The position numbers and the translations under genes were made by a program. Positions 1 through 12,776 of a stretch of 64,000 nucleotides of DNA are shown in pieces. The DNA lies in contig CP110439.1 in NCBI GenBank assembly GCA_026914245.1, forward strand, positions 5,642,001 through 5,706,000. The letters run 5' to 3'. This DNA comes from Puccinia triticina (taxonomy: Eukaryota). Position 1 is the stretch's first letter. Each line of letters opens with the position of its first letter. The notes beneath the pieces are model-generated. The model saw nothing but the letters and a program-made list of their open reading frames with translations, made no database searches and was not told the origin of the DNA.

Positions 1-2197
1 CCGGCTTCCGCGGGCAGACCATCAACTGTCTTGTCAAGCTCATGGCTGCGAACATCGACCCCGCCTTCCGCTACTTCGTCAACATGTTCCACCACCCTGA
101 CAATCGCATCAAACAGGCAAATATCCACATCCTGTGGGAGGTCGTGAAGGAGGGCCTGCCCGAGCTCGTCAAGCCTGTGCGGGCGACTGGCTTGGACAAA
201 ATCGTCGATGTAGGGCTTTTTCTTGGCGCCGCAAGACTCGCTGTTGATGCTGTTTTTTCTTGGGTGGCTAGATAATCACTCGGCCCGACCTCACGCTCGC
301 CTGCGGGTCCGCCGACTTTGAGGAAATGACGGAGGTGATCCTCAATATCTTTGACTATCACAAAGGCGTCATCAAGTTCCTGAAGGCCTCGATCGAGCGG
401 GAAGTCGCGGCGACAGGCGAGTCGTCCTGCATCCCCCACTCTCGTTACGTACACATATGGCTGACGAAACAATGATGCTGGGTGTTTAGACCACGAGTCA
501 ACGGTGTTCCGGGGGAACTTGTTCACCACGCGGCTGCTCACCATCTTCGCCCGGGCCCAGGGCTACAACTATCTGCGGGCCACGCTCTCGAACCTGCTGG
601 TCGGCCTTGTTAACAAGCCCTCGGAGTTCTTGGTCAACTTCGACCCGCATCGGGCGAGTGCGGAGGAGGACGAGGCGGCGCGCAACCTGGAGCAGGTCAC
701 GGAGGCGTTCCTCAACGTGATTGCAGTGTCCTGGAAGAAGCTCCCGGGCGCGATCCGCGAGATCTGCCACCACTTTGCAACCACCGTCCAGGAGAAATAC
801 CCCGAAAGCGTGTTCACCTCCATCGGCGGCTTCATCTTCCTCCGCTTCATCAACCCCGCCATCGTCTCCCCCGAGGTCATTGACCTCGATCTCCCGAACA
901 ACACCCGCGAGATTCGCAGGAGCCTTGTCATGATCACCAAGGTCCTCCAGGCCCTCTCCAACAATATCCGCTTCTCCGCGCGCGAACCCGCTATGAAGCC
1001 CCTTAACCCCTTCATGGCGAAAAAAGTCTACCCCATGACCCGCTTCTTGAAGGACATCTCCGTACGCTTTCCTCCTCTTCTCCTTTTCCACCTCCTGACA
1101 CGGGAATGAAAATAACGGGATACACTTTTGGGGGGTAGTCGATAGACGAGCCGGGGATGTTAGCGGAGGAGGGGTGTGATCTGCAAGAGGAGCTAGCAGC
1201 GGTCCCATTAGACGCCTCGGACCGCCACGTCCTGCACCGCTTCCTCTACGAGCACCAGGAGAAGCTCGGCGCGGAGCTGAAGAGTGTCCAGCCGATGGAG
1301 TTCAAGCATTGGCACGACGGCACCAAGCGCCTGAGCCCGACGCTGGGCCACGAGCTGTGGGCCGAGGTCCTCCCTTCATCTCCCTGCCCACCGCCTCGGC
1401 CTCCGAGGTCGCCGTCAAGTCCTGGCTCCAGAAACTCAGCAACTGTCTCGTCTGTCCCCGTGAGGAGTACGAACATGCCCGCAACCGCGTCAAAAACATC
1501 TTGCGCAGACTCATCGAACTCACCCTGTGTCAACAAGAAGTGCGTCTCTGGCGCTGGCTTCTTTTGCCCCCAACTGACTTTTTCGTGTGTGGGTTTAGCT
1601 CCAAGGCCTGTTGCATGGCCGCATATGGCCCTCCGTGGCCCGCCAGGAATCCCTCCTGCCGCTGATCATGGAGGAGCTCGCGATGTCCGCAATCACCCAT
1701 GGGTCCAACTCGGCCCGGTTCACCGAGGTCTGTGAGATTGCGGTGTCTGGAAACTGCATCAACTTGCAAGGCAAGCTGCTGCGGAGGGTGCGTAATCGTG
1801 CTTCTTCAAATAGGTTGAGGGGCTGATTGTTGATGGTGTGGTGCTGGCGATCGGCCGGACGACCGCGCAGCCAGTGGCGATGATATCGGACAGTCCGGAA
1901 TGGCCGGAGATAACGGCGCTCGTCCCCATGGAGATGAGCATCTCGTTTTCGGCGCACATCCAGGCCCAGCTGTATCTCCCGGACATCCTGCACATCGTGA
2001 CGATGCTAGTGGGGACAGGGCTGGCGAGCCAACAGTCGGTGATCTACGCGATTGTCATCAGCACACTCACCGGTCTCTGCTCGCTCCAGGGGCCCAACCA
2101 AGAGGCCTCGGCGCTCTACGCAATCATCAAACGCCTCGGCTTGCCTGCCACACAGGCCCTCTTGGCCTCTGCCCTGTGCTTGTGTGTGTGGGTGTGA
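1..2197 (+). pseudogene. Neurofibromin/IRA-like RasGAP fragment, internally deleted and truncated (runs off the left edge)
   Basis: Spliced exons give 'AANIDPAF..HPDNRIKQANIHILWEVVKEG', the RasGAP domain 'TVFRGN..IGGFIFLRFINPAIVSPE..RRSLVMITKVLQALSN' (490-1061), and the NF1 C-terminal-like 'EMSISFSAHIQAQLYLPDILHIVTMLVGTG'. A frame jump near 1369 joins post-GAP sequence directly to C-terminal sequence. The acceptor near 1846 reads ctg instead of cag. The frame ends at 2197. Confidence 0.8.
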
Positions 2198-3135
2198 GTG
2201 TTTTATGACAAATCTCGCGGGGCCCCGTGGGCAATCTCTCTTGTTGGGTGCGGCAAATTGGATGTGTCTCCATAGCGTGAGAAAGTGGGAATGAGCGTGA
2301 GAGAAGAGATGATAGGATCCCAGATCCAGAAAATGACCGGATATTCCGATTATTTACCGGATATTCCGTGACCCTGACAGGATATTCCGCACGGAACATC
2401 TTGAAATGTTTGAAGTGTGTACATAACACACCCACCAGGAATTTTGTTTTTGTGGTGCTCACCTTCGGATCAGGGAGCCCCGACCGCGCGGACTGCAGAA
2501 ATTAACTGCGCGCAGCCTTACAAGCAGCTGTTGCCGGTTGGGAGCCTTTGTCCGACAAGCTCTGTGCGTTGGGTGAGCTTGCAGGGTCCGGAACGCGGAA
2601 CTCGTCGGGCTCCAACAACTCTTGCTCGGACGATAGTGCCAAGCAGAAGACCCAAGCTTCCTCGGCATAGCTGTACATTTTGCCAGAATGTAACCAAAAC
2701 TCAACACAAGTCTCAAGAGTGCGTCCTCCTCAGAGGGACGTGTGTGATCAAATTCGCAAGAAGTAATACATACCGTGGCTCGACATACTGCCCACCCTTC
2801 CCCCAAACAAGTCTACATACATCCAGCCAAATCCAGTCGGTCTGACCACCTATGCTCCCAAGGGTAGATTCAAACAGGAAAATCACCACATCAATAAAGA
2901 CTTCACGCGTTACGGATCGAGTGACAACTTCCAATTTCACTAGCAAGGAGCGCATAACTTGCACTCTAATCCCATCCCTATCCGCAAAACTCTCGCAGGT
3001 CCTCGACCCATTCTAGTCTTAGTTATATCCCATTCCGAACATATATAGTACTCTGGTCCTGGTAAATAGCTTGATAGCCGATTGCCATTAACCACAACAA
3101 CCCTAAGCACTGAGTAGGACTTCCGGGTTGCTCAA

Positions 3136-4326
3136 ATGTTTCGGGGACTCTCCAAACCATTGTTCTTATACCATGCTTTGATCATCTGCCATATCGGAAT
3201 TATGAGCATAAAGCCTGGTCTGTGCTCATTCGGATCTCGACTCGCAATCGCCGAGCCATCCTTTTCGTCATCTCGGACCGAATTGGGCTGTGCAGGCAGG
3301 AATCCTCAACAGAACTTGCTGGGAGTAGCTGACGGCTGGACCACAAAGAGAGCAAGGTCTAAACCGAAGAAAGTTCATGTCGTGCCGGACCGATTGGACC
3401 CGCCAAGTCAATTAGGAAGAAGGCCGGGGCGATCCAGGCGTGTTCGTCCGGGTTTAAGTGATTCAAGTCAATCTGGTCGAAAAAACGAGTTGAAGACTGT
3501 TCTACCAGACGGCCTGGTGAAAAACAGGTTATGGACGCCCAGCGAACGTCCCTGGCCAACCCGCAAACGTTCTCGCCGTCCGCAGAAAATTCTAGATCAA
3601 AAGCCTACCAACAAGGGAATTGATCCCAACGATGCCCTTCCTGAAATTAACGACGAGCTGAAAGATAATTCCCGTTGGATGTTTTCTCCTGACCAATCAA
3701 TCCGCTCCCTGCCGTCTCCAGGGGCTGCAGAGTCTGCTACCGGGGAGGTCTATCAGAATTCACCTCTTGACATGCGTGGTGAGCCTAAGATTAACGGCCC
3801 TTCGGAAGGTAGTCTTGTGGATGATGATGTCGAAGCCGCCCCTGTGAGAAAGAGGTTCCAACAACACGCGCCTTCGAGCAAACAAAGCCATGTGCAGCAA
3901 ATTCATTCACAATTGGTGTCCGCAACACCGCCTCAAGATCGTGATGGAAATCCTACTGCAAAGTTTTTTGACCTCAACAACCTTCCTGAAATCGACGGGC
4001 ATCTCGAAAATCACCCGGGTTGTTTTTCTCCTGAAGTTCAACTGCAATTGATCCGCCCCCCGCCACCTCAAAGAGATGTCGAGTCTGCTACCGAGAAGGC
4101 GCCTTTGACTTCGCATCCTGGTACGCCCGGGAAGCCGGGGAGTAACGGCCTTTCGGAGGGCAATCTTCTGGAGGATGATGATGGCAAATCCCCCCTTGCA
4201 AGAAAGATAAAGGTTGAGGGACATGCTTCTTGGGAAAAATCAGTCGGTAGCCATCTTGTGGACATCGACCTGAATATCCCATTGGATCGGGATGGCAGAC
4301 CTACGCACAACTCTCAAAGCCATTAA
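3136..4326 (+). CDS. Intronless 396-aa candidate secreted/effector protein with NLS-like basic clusters, internal ~115-aa repeats and DLN motifs
   Basis: Clean ORF. Hydrophobic N-terminus (PLFLYHALIICHIGI). Basic clusters KRARSKPKK and RKRSRRPQK. DLNNLP at 3970-3987 and DLNIP at 4267-4281. Confidence 0.65.
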   Translation: MFRGLSKPLFLYHALIICHIGIMSIKPGLCSFGSRLAIAEPSFSSSRTELGCAGRNPQQNLLGVADGWTTKRARSKPKKVHVVPDRLDPPSQLGRRPGRSRRVRPGLSDSSQSGRKNELKTVLPDGLVKNRLWTPSERPWPTRKRSRRPQKILDQKPTNKGIDPNDALPEINDELKDNSRWMFSPDQSIRSLPSPGAAESATGEVYQNSPLDMRGEPKINGPSEGSLVDDDVEAAPVRKRFQQHAPSSKQSHVQQIHSQLVSATPPQDRDGNPTAKFFDLNNLPEIDGHLENHPGCFSPEVQLQLIRPPPPQRDVESATEKAPLTSHPGTPGKPGSNGLSEGNLLEDDDGKSPLARKIKVEGHASWEKSVGSHLVDIDLNIPLDRDGRPTHNSQSH

Positions 4327-5217
4327 AAATCACCAGGATATTGAACCCAGACACCACATTGATGTGTTTTTCTATAGTGTGGTCTACTTCCTCCTCCTTC
4401 ACCTGAAAATCCGATCAAAATCTGTTCTTAATTTTATGTAGCCTGAGCGTTACATGTCCTTTTTGGGTATCTTACCAACCTGATTAATTATTATGAATAT
4501 TACTTAATCTAAAAAAAACTTTTCCCTAGGCATTGATGTCCGGCGGAGACAAGTCATTAAGAGAGTACACAACACTCTTGATGACCGGCAGAGGCTGCTC
4601 AAAGTGCGCTAATGCCCTTGAAGGCCGGCACAGGCCGGCTATCGAGGGTCAAAACAAAGATGGTGCCCGTAGTGCCCGTCTGATAGGGGGTTTCACAATA
4701 AGGATTCCCGCTTCCCGCGGCACTAAATTTCTTTACTCGCGGGTGGCATACTCGCTTAAAAATTTGGCTTGAAGTCCCGCGAGAAATCGCCCCGAGCATC
4801 CTCATGACAATACTCGCAAGCGCTCGAACACCTTCCCGGGTTTCCTTTATGTGAAACCTCCTAATGTACCGCCAGCCACCGCCGGGTGCCGTGTCCGGGT
4901 CTACCCGCACCCGTTGCGGGAACCCGGGTCCAATCTCTATTTATGTATTTATTTATTTTAGAAAAAAACAGCTTCTCTCCTAACTTCAAAAATGTTTTGA
5001 AAAGTAGGGGATGGGTGTTTACAATGAAGACAGCTGGGGGGAGATGCAGGCACATTCCTTGGATAAGAATTGGGCGTAAATGTGCCATGTTGGAGGTAAA
5101 ACAAAACAGCTGGGAAGTGCTCCCGCTGCGCAGCCCAGGATTATTGAGGGTGCAAGTGCCTCGGGCACGCCATCTCACTAGCAGCGAGGGACATGATCAG
5201 CTTAGACGATGTGTCAA

Positions 5218-6407
5218 TCAGGGAAGGTTTTCTCGGCCCCTCAGCGCCCTTTCTTCCCTCGTTTCCTCACTGCTGCCGTCTGGTGCTTGATGAGGAGGAG
5301 CTGCGGCCGCTGTTTCTGGTTCCGCCTCCTCCTCACCCGGCCAGGTGACCACAGACACGAAAGCTGTGTGTTTTTAAGAAGATGGAAGAAGGCATTCTTT
5401 GGTTGTCAGGGCTGGACTGGTCCGCAGAAGGAGGGTGTAATGTGAGAAACGCGCACGTTCTTCTGGTATGTCTCCATCCCACATTAGTGGTACCAGTGGC
5501 TCCTCCTCAGGCTCTTCTAGGTTTTCGTTTGTTATTGGGTCCACTTTTTCCACTACACCCTTGTTCTCTGCTGGCGTCTCCATGTTGTCCACCCGGGAAA
5601 AATATCGGAGTGACTTCTCCACCCACTTATTACAGGTATCTGGGACAGGTAGAGATGTGAGCGTTCATTTATGCGCCCAGAGCTGATGCGATGTAGAGCT
5701 AGAAGTGGTAAGGGAATGTGCGAAGGCGTACTAGATTTGGGGATGGTTGAGTTAGGGTTGGTTCTTAGTAGTTTCTTCAGATTCTGCATCGCCCTTTGGG
5801 GGATTGATGGCTGTTGCATGGCCAGCCGCTGTTTCTGCAGTTCAAGATAAAGATTGAGCTCGCTGTTTGACAATGTTTCTCCCATCCGATCAAGATCTCC
5901 GCGCGTCAACTCCGCATACTCGGGACACACATCGCACTTGCAATGTCGAGCATGGCGCGGATCTGTTTGGCAACAAAAAGGGGGCAAAGGCTGAGTTGAC
6001 AGGGATGGAAGCAACAACAAGCTCAAGTAAAATGTGCGACATTTACCCAAGAAGAGAGCCCGCTTCAGGGAGAGGTTGGCCTCTCGTGGTCGGGCTGCAG
6101 AACGGCTTCTCCGTCTATCAAAGCCACCCTCTCCCGGACCTTGCGGAGCTGCAAATGGATTCCTCCGTCTATCATAAGGCGCTTGTGCTAAGTGCCCGGC
6201 TTTGACTCGTCTAGTCGGAGACGTGGCATCTTCACGAATGAGACAAATCAGCCTCCCAGGTCGAACGCAGATATTCATGATCAGAAATATGGGCTCACCC
6301 GGCAAGCACGAATGGCACGAGTGCTGCCCGAACAGCGGCGCACATCTGAGCGGAGAAACCAAGCAGAAAACGTGGACCAGAACGAGGATGATGGGAGCTC
6401 TGATCAT
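5218..6407 (-). CDS. Small secreted protein of unknown function, 5 exons
   Basis: ATG at 6407 gives the signal-like MIRAPIILVLVHVFCLVSPLRCA. Four GT-AG introns (donors gtgagc 6298, gtaaat ~6046, gtacgc ~5731, gtgcgc ~5456). The spliced frame ends ...RALRGRENLP* at 5218. It has a small Cys cluster (HCKCDVC) and an acidic C-terminus. Confidence 0.6.
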
Positions 6408-7485
6408 GGGCGGAGGATGCGCTGTCTGCTCGCAGCCCCGAACGGTCTCGTCCACTTTTTGTGTCAAGGCTGGAATCGGATCGAAAATGCAAATCAATGC
6501 AGAGCACGATACGTGTCAAAGAAGAAATCGAGGGCTGTTTTAAGGACGGCTTTAGCCTTTGTATTCATTCCTTTTATGCACCGGTGCTCAAAAAAAAAGA
6601 AGAAGAAGATGTGTGGGTTAGTTGAGGCCGGAGTCAGTCAGGCAGAGCGAATGAGCTGTAGGCCACCACGTCTGCGGCTGATGTCTAAGAGTCTGACGTA
6701 GGCCGGCCTTATGGATGCAAAACAAGGCAGCAGCCTCAGTATCTGAACTGGGCTGTCATCTACGATAAGTTGTCATTGGTTTTCCTGGGCAGCACGGTCC
6801 ACGTCTGAGGTTTTAGCCACGCTGCTTTGTCACTACTTTTAAGTGTAACACGTCAGCATTCTCGATGGAACTGTTCTGCTGGCGACTTGCTGGGCTGACA
6901 AATTACAGGCAAATTCCACCACTTTTCGATGTAGTTTGCTCGCTAAAACTCCGACGTGACCTGTCTGATTGAAACCTCCAGATGCCCTCATACCGTTCCC
7001 TTAGCCCAAGCCGAGCCCAACAAAGCCTCCCAGTGAGAGGCAGCCCCGCAGGTCCGCTGCCCCGCCAAGTTGCACCAAGTGCAACCTGCCAGACACTTTG
7101 GGTCGTGCTCCCCGGCAGGCAAGGAACCCGTGCTCGGTTGGACATACTTGGACCTCAGATCCTCAGGGCAATTATCAACACACACTTAAGGACGAAGAAT
7201 CAAGAGATGTGTAAGAAGAGCTCTCGTGAGCAAGTGTAGAATCCGGAGCGCATCACACATGGTATCATTTTGGCGTTGTTCTAATACTCATCTAGTGTTG
7301 TTTGTCCAGTGTTAATCTAAGAGCATTACTGTTGGATTTCATAGCCATTTTGATTATATTCAGTGTATCAATTCAGAATTGTCCCTCTTGAGATTAGTGG
7401 TACTACTACTGGCTGTGTGTGTGAGAGAGAGAGGAAGGGTTACAATGCGGAGGATCGATTCGCAGCATCGGTGGGAGAGGAGAGA

Positions 7486-9168
7486 TCATAACAAGACCTC
7501 GTTGGCGAACGATCGGGTCAAGGTCTTGTGGGGCAAGACGATGCAGCTTCGGACGTGCACCTCGCTCTTCACCTCGACGTCTTTAGCTGTGGTTCCCAAG
7601 CGAGAGCGGCCAAATCAGCGGTCTGTGTGTGTGTGTGTGCATTTATTGTGCAGGGGAACGAGTGCTTACCCAAGACTGAGATGGAGAATTTGAGCGGATT
7701 GGCGTCGCTGGTGTTCGGGCAGCCTTCGACGCGGGCCCACGGGCCGATCTTGGTATCCTCGCTGAGGATCGAGTGCATGACGCAGCTGTTTTGCTGTGCG
7801 GAGTTCCGACGATGATCAGCAGGAGGGTAGAGTAGGATGAGTAGTGTAGGGGGGGGGGGGGGGGGGCGTACTTCGAGGAGGCTGTTGTCGAGGACGATGG
7901 AGTCTTTGACGCGGACGCCGAAGCCGATGCGGACGTTGGCGCTGATGGAGACGTTGGGCCCGATCTTGGCCGAGGGGTCGATGACCGCCGTCTCGTCGAT
8001 GTAGCACGGCTCCACGATCTCCGGGCCGAGCAGGTTCGGCGGCGGGGTCTTGGCGATGATCGTCGGCGAGCGGCGGCGGAGGAGGACCGGGTTGTTCGAC
8101 TTGTACGACTCCAACACAAGCGCATTCGCCGGCAATGCCGAGCTGTCATGCGGGGGCATCGTGTCAGCCTTCGTCCTCACTCACTACACACGGCTTAGAG
8201 GGATCGGTGTTACCCTGCCGTCTTGATCTGCTTCCACAGCGACTTGGTCTCGTAGACGTATAGCTTCCCACGGTCGGCCAGGGGGGAGATGACGTCCTGT
8301 TCGAGACGCAACTGATCGTCTTGACGAGATAGGGGGTCGTCGCTTGAACGGGAGTCGGGTAAGCCATCTGAGGAGATATATCGAGAGAGAGAGAGAGAGA
8401 GAGAGAAGACTCACGCGGTCTGTTTGACCTTGAGATCCATGGCGGCCTTGATCTCATCGAAGATGGACTTGTCGAAGAGGTAGACGCCGGTGTTGATGAT
8501 GTTGGAGATGAAGGCCTCCGGTTTCTCGACGTAGTGGAGGGCCTGGGCGGTCTCAGGGTTGGTGACGATGCATCCGAACTTGGTGGACTGTTCCTTGGAG
8601 ACCCGGACGGCCATGAGGGTGCCGACGCCGCGATGCTTGTCGTGGAAGTGCTTGAGCTCGAGGAAGGGGAAGGAGGAGGCTATGTCGGAGTGGAGCACAT
8701 AGATCTGCTCGGGCGAGCCCTTGAGGATCGCATCCCGGAAGTGATACAGCCCCCCGGCGGTGCCCAGGGCCTCGTACTCGCGCATGTATCTGTGATGGGC
8801 GGTCGCTCGGCTGTCAGCGGCACACGCCCGGCAGAAGAAGAAGAGCGGGGGGTGGGACGGACTTGATCTGGAGGGAGGGGAAGTCCCTGCTGGCCTGCTT
8901 GATGAACGGCGCGAGCACGGAGTCCTCGTAGAAGCCGATGAGGAGGACCTCCTTGAGGTCGGGGATCTTGGAGAGGGCCTGGATGCCATGCCAGATGATG
9001 GCTCGGCCGGCGAGCGGGAAGAGCGGCTTGGGGATGTCGAGCGTCAGGGGACGCATGCGGGTGCCCTGGCGAGTCGGGCGGGGTCAGCCAACTGAGCCTG
9101 CTGGCCGGCGGCGGGAAGACGCTCACCTTGCTGGGCCCGCCGAGGAGGTAGACAGCCTTGGACGCCAT
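7486..9168 (-). CDS. GMPPA: Mannose-1-phosphate guanylyltransferase, GMPPA (alpha/regulatory)-type, multi-exon
   Basis: Spliced [34 protein letters not shown]..., EYEALGTAGGLYHFRD, HYVEKPE..INTGVYLF, hexapeptide beta-helix (IDPSAKIGPNVSI), and C-terminus RSCIVLPHKTL..NEVLL*. The GGPSKGTR insertion is typical of GMPPA rather than GMPPB/PSA1. Confidence 0.92.
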
Positions 9169-9966
9169 ATTGCGAGATATAAATAGGTAGGAACTGGGTG
9201 TCGCTGCTGGTGGGTGGGGGTGGAGGGAGGGGGAGGGAGGGTTGTGGGTGTGTGTGTAGCAGGAGCAATTCTTCAATATGCCATGCAAGCCATGAATATA
9301 TCTTCAGCCTCACACTCACACAAAAATTAACAATTTTATACTTTCCAGCCAACGACCACTGCTAGCGACCGGGTAGATTCTAGGGATGCTGCTGGGCGTG
9401 GACGTGGTCGCACCACACAAGGATGGGAAACAGCCGAGTGGCGACCCACCCACGGAGCCAGCTTCTGGAGCGGATGTCTCCGCCGGCCCCGGAACACAAA
9501 TCACAGTTACAGACCTCCTCGACGAAGGACACACACATGGCCCTGGGGGATCATGTTTGGCAGCTGAGTGGCTCCTGCAGGATTCGCACGGGATCAACGC
9601 CGTCTACATATTTGGAAGTGTTGGGCCACCATCTCAGAGGAGAGCGACGGGTAGACTGGAGCTCCACCGGCGCCCGCGTCTGTAGCCAGCACATCAGTCA
9701 TCATCGCGTTCTTAGTGTGGCTCACACGATGCAACGATGCATGCGCTGTCGAGATAAGCTTGATCTGGAGGAGCGGCAAGGATCTGCCGGTCGCCGGCGA
9801 TCACACACAGGACTGCTCCCGCGCCGACATCATACAAATAGACCCGGCCAAAGGCGGCTTCGGTCCTCTTCCTGCCATTGGGTTATTGCTTGCCGCTCAA
9901 CGAGTGTCCACCTGGCGGACTGACGACTACCCGCGGCTCCACTCCAAACGCCAGAAAGGAAACACG

Positions 9967-11432
9967 ATGAAGACGAGTCTGTGGTGTCTCTTGCTCGCCC
10001 AATCGCAGAGAGCTTTCGTGGCGCAACAGGTGGGCATCCACCTCCTGCAAGAGTCGCACCCCTCCCTCAAGATCCAGACCTGCACGAGCGACGGCGCGTG
10101 TGCCGATAAGCGACTGAGCATCACGCTGGACGCCGACAGCCGCCCGCTCCGGATGCTCCATGGGACCGAGAGCTGCATGGCGGAGGACGAGCGGGCGTGG
10201 AATGCGACGTACTGTGCGAACGGCGAGCAGTGCGCAGAGCAGTGCTCTCTCGGCGGCGTCAAGTACAAGGCCGTCCACGGAATCACCACCGAGGGTCATG
10301 CCCTCAAGCTCAGACTGTTCACCCACGGCAAACTCACCGCGTCGCGCGTCTATCTCTTGGCCGACGAGAAACACTACCACTCCTTCTACCTCAAAAACCA
10401 GCAGTTCTCCTTCGACGTCGATGCCTCCCAGCTCCCCTGCGGCGTCGACGCGGCCCTCTACTTCACCTCGATGAAAGCCGACGGAGGACTGTCTGCGACC
10501 AACAAGGCCGGCGCAATGTATGGAACGGGCTATTGCGATGCCCAATGCCCGACCGCTCTGCGGTTTATCAACGGACTGGTATGTAGGCGCTTCTCCCCAT
10601 CACATTTTCTCCCACCGACCGTATGGCTGACGCCCATTCTTGGAAACCATTCCAGGCCAATGTCGAGGCTTCTGGCGAGCCGGGCCAGCAGCCAGTGTTC
10701 AAGAGCATGGGGGCGTGCTGTCCCGAGCTGGATCTCTGGGAAGGGAACGGGATCGTCCAAGCATACGGGGCCCATCCGTGCGTGTTCCCCAGCATGGCCA
10801 CCTGTGAGGGTGCGGGCTGCACGGCGGGGGGCGGCCTCTGCGACCATTCGGGATGCGGCTTCGCGTCGCAGACGGCCGCCGGGGACGGCTTCTACGGCCC
10901 GAACAAGACCATCGACACCCGCCACACGTTCACCGTCGTCAGCCAGTTCCTCACCGCCACCGGAACCGCCCAGGGCGAGCTCGTCGAGATCCGCCAGTTC
11001 TACATCCAGCACGGCGTGCGCATCCCCCATCGCGTCGTCCAGCTCGCCGATGGCCACCAGGCCTCCTCGATCACCGACCAGTTCTGTCGGCCCAACGCCT
11101 CCCGCACCGGCCGTGCGTTCGCGAAGACCGGCGGGATCGAGGCCATGGGCCGCGCGCTCGACCAGGGCATGGTGCTCGTCATGGGCCTCTGGACCGCCGA
11201 CGAGCCCTCCGACTCCCTCGGCTCCATTCAGAAAATCCCCGCCACCCGCAAGCCCAGCCTCCGCAGAATCAACCAGCAAATCTGCCCCGGATCTGCCCGC
11301 ACTCAACCCTTCATTCAGAAACATCATCCCCACGCTTCCGTCAAGTTCTCGAACATCAAAATCGGCCCGATCCATGCCCCCCACGCCGGGATTCCACACC
11401 GGGTCAACTCTAACGAACACACCATCATCTGA
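9967..11432 (+). CDS. Secreted glycoside hydrolase family 7 (cellobiohydrolase/endoglucanase-like), no CBM; one intron 10579-10655
   Basis: Signal peptide then QQVG..ESHPSL. Also SRVYLL, FSFDVDASQLPCG..ALYF, YGTGYCDAQC, catalytic CCPELDLWEGN (ExDxxE), GMVLVMGLW, and VKFSNIKIGPI. Confidence 0.9.
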
Positions 11433-12776
11433 CCCATGTACCCCCTCCGCCACGCCTTCCGTCTCCTTTTCACGCCATCTTGATACCTTCTGGTTTCCCT
11501 AATCCACTTGTCTGCCGGGGAAAATGATCTCAAGCTTCAAATTTGTATATTTTTTTTTCTGCTCATGTACATCAGTCACAATGGCAACACCGCATACCCA
11601 ACGGTTATGGAGGGTGCCAAGCCCGGTCGATGGGCAAGGGTGCTCACGACCCCGGAAAGGCCCTGCAAGCCCGTCGGAAGGGCGAGCGTTCGAGGAGCCT
11701 GCAGCCGGTCTCCGGGCGTCCCGGACACGGCCACACTGGAAGCACCAAAACAAAAGTATCACATACATAAATACTCAAAAGTTGGCCAGCACATTTTTAT
11801 CCTCCAATCGGAGGCGCAAGGGGCGATCCTCCTAAGGAAAGTTTTACATCTTACCGCGCAAGATAAGTAGGCGCGCTGACCGGCACCAGTCGCTCCCGGT
11901 GCGACCCGGACGGGAGGCAGTTCTCCACAAAACTCAATGACCTGGAGGAATCACTCCTGCTCGTCAAGACTAAGCAGCTTTGCTGAGCCGGAAGAATACA
12001 TCCATCCAGGATCATGAGGTTGTACCGCCTGGTCGGCCGGCAGGAGGTTGTATGACCTTGCTGACGGAAGAAAATCCCTCCGGGCCGACGAGACTGTGCA
12101 GCCTTGTTGACCGGCAAAACCGCTGGCGAGAGTGCCGTCAATCCAGCCCTTCCGGAGTGGGAGCTTGAAGGCTATGTCCCGGAGCTATGACAAATGTCTC
12201 AGTATGTTGAAAAAATTGGACGGAGGCCAGGTGGGGAGGTCCAACCGGGATCCTATGGTGAAACACGATGTCAAAAACCAAATCGGAGTCAAATTCGTTG
12301 TGACAAACCACTGGTGTCGGTCCAAGCAGGTCCAGGCCATCCGTCGTGGCAACAAAGCCTGTTGATGAGACAGAGACCCTCGCCGGGGCTGCTCCTCCGG
12401 GCCTCTCACACTTGATTTGGATGAGAGGCTTTGTTTGACTAGGGGACTTACTACAAGTCAGAAGTTCGGCCCCGAACAAGGTGACACATACTGGACACAG
12501 ACTGGGACCTGAAGCGGGGCTCTCCAATATAAAGAGACCCTAATGGGCCGGATATTTATGTACGCACAAGATGATGAAACTGAGGAAAGCCTGTAGATTT
12601 CTGCCGAAGAAGAGCTCAGATGAACGAGGGAGAAACCCCGGCTTAGCCTGTCGGTAGCCCGGCTACAGACTCAGACAGCTGTTCCTTGGATCATGGAAGA
12701 GGGGGCACAACTGATCTGGCATTGGGATCCAACGGGTTGACCACACACTTTCTTTGCCTCCTCGTCGATAGAAGAC

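Noticed and set aside
498..1208. Long antisense ORFs over GC-rich genes (also 9883-10545, 10530-11453)
   Set aside because: They are shadows of high-GC3 codon usage on the coding strand.
9715..11502. 595-aa ORF as a single protein
   Set aside because: It reads through the 10579-10655 intron into the wrong frame; the real product is the spliced GH7 from ATG 9967.
11560..12660. Possible gene or LTR remnant between GH7 and the 12777 gene
   Set aside because: Only short overlapping ORFs; no recognisable motif, termini or TSD.
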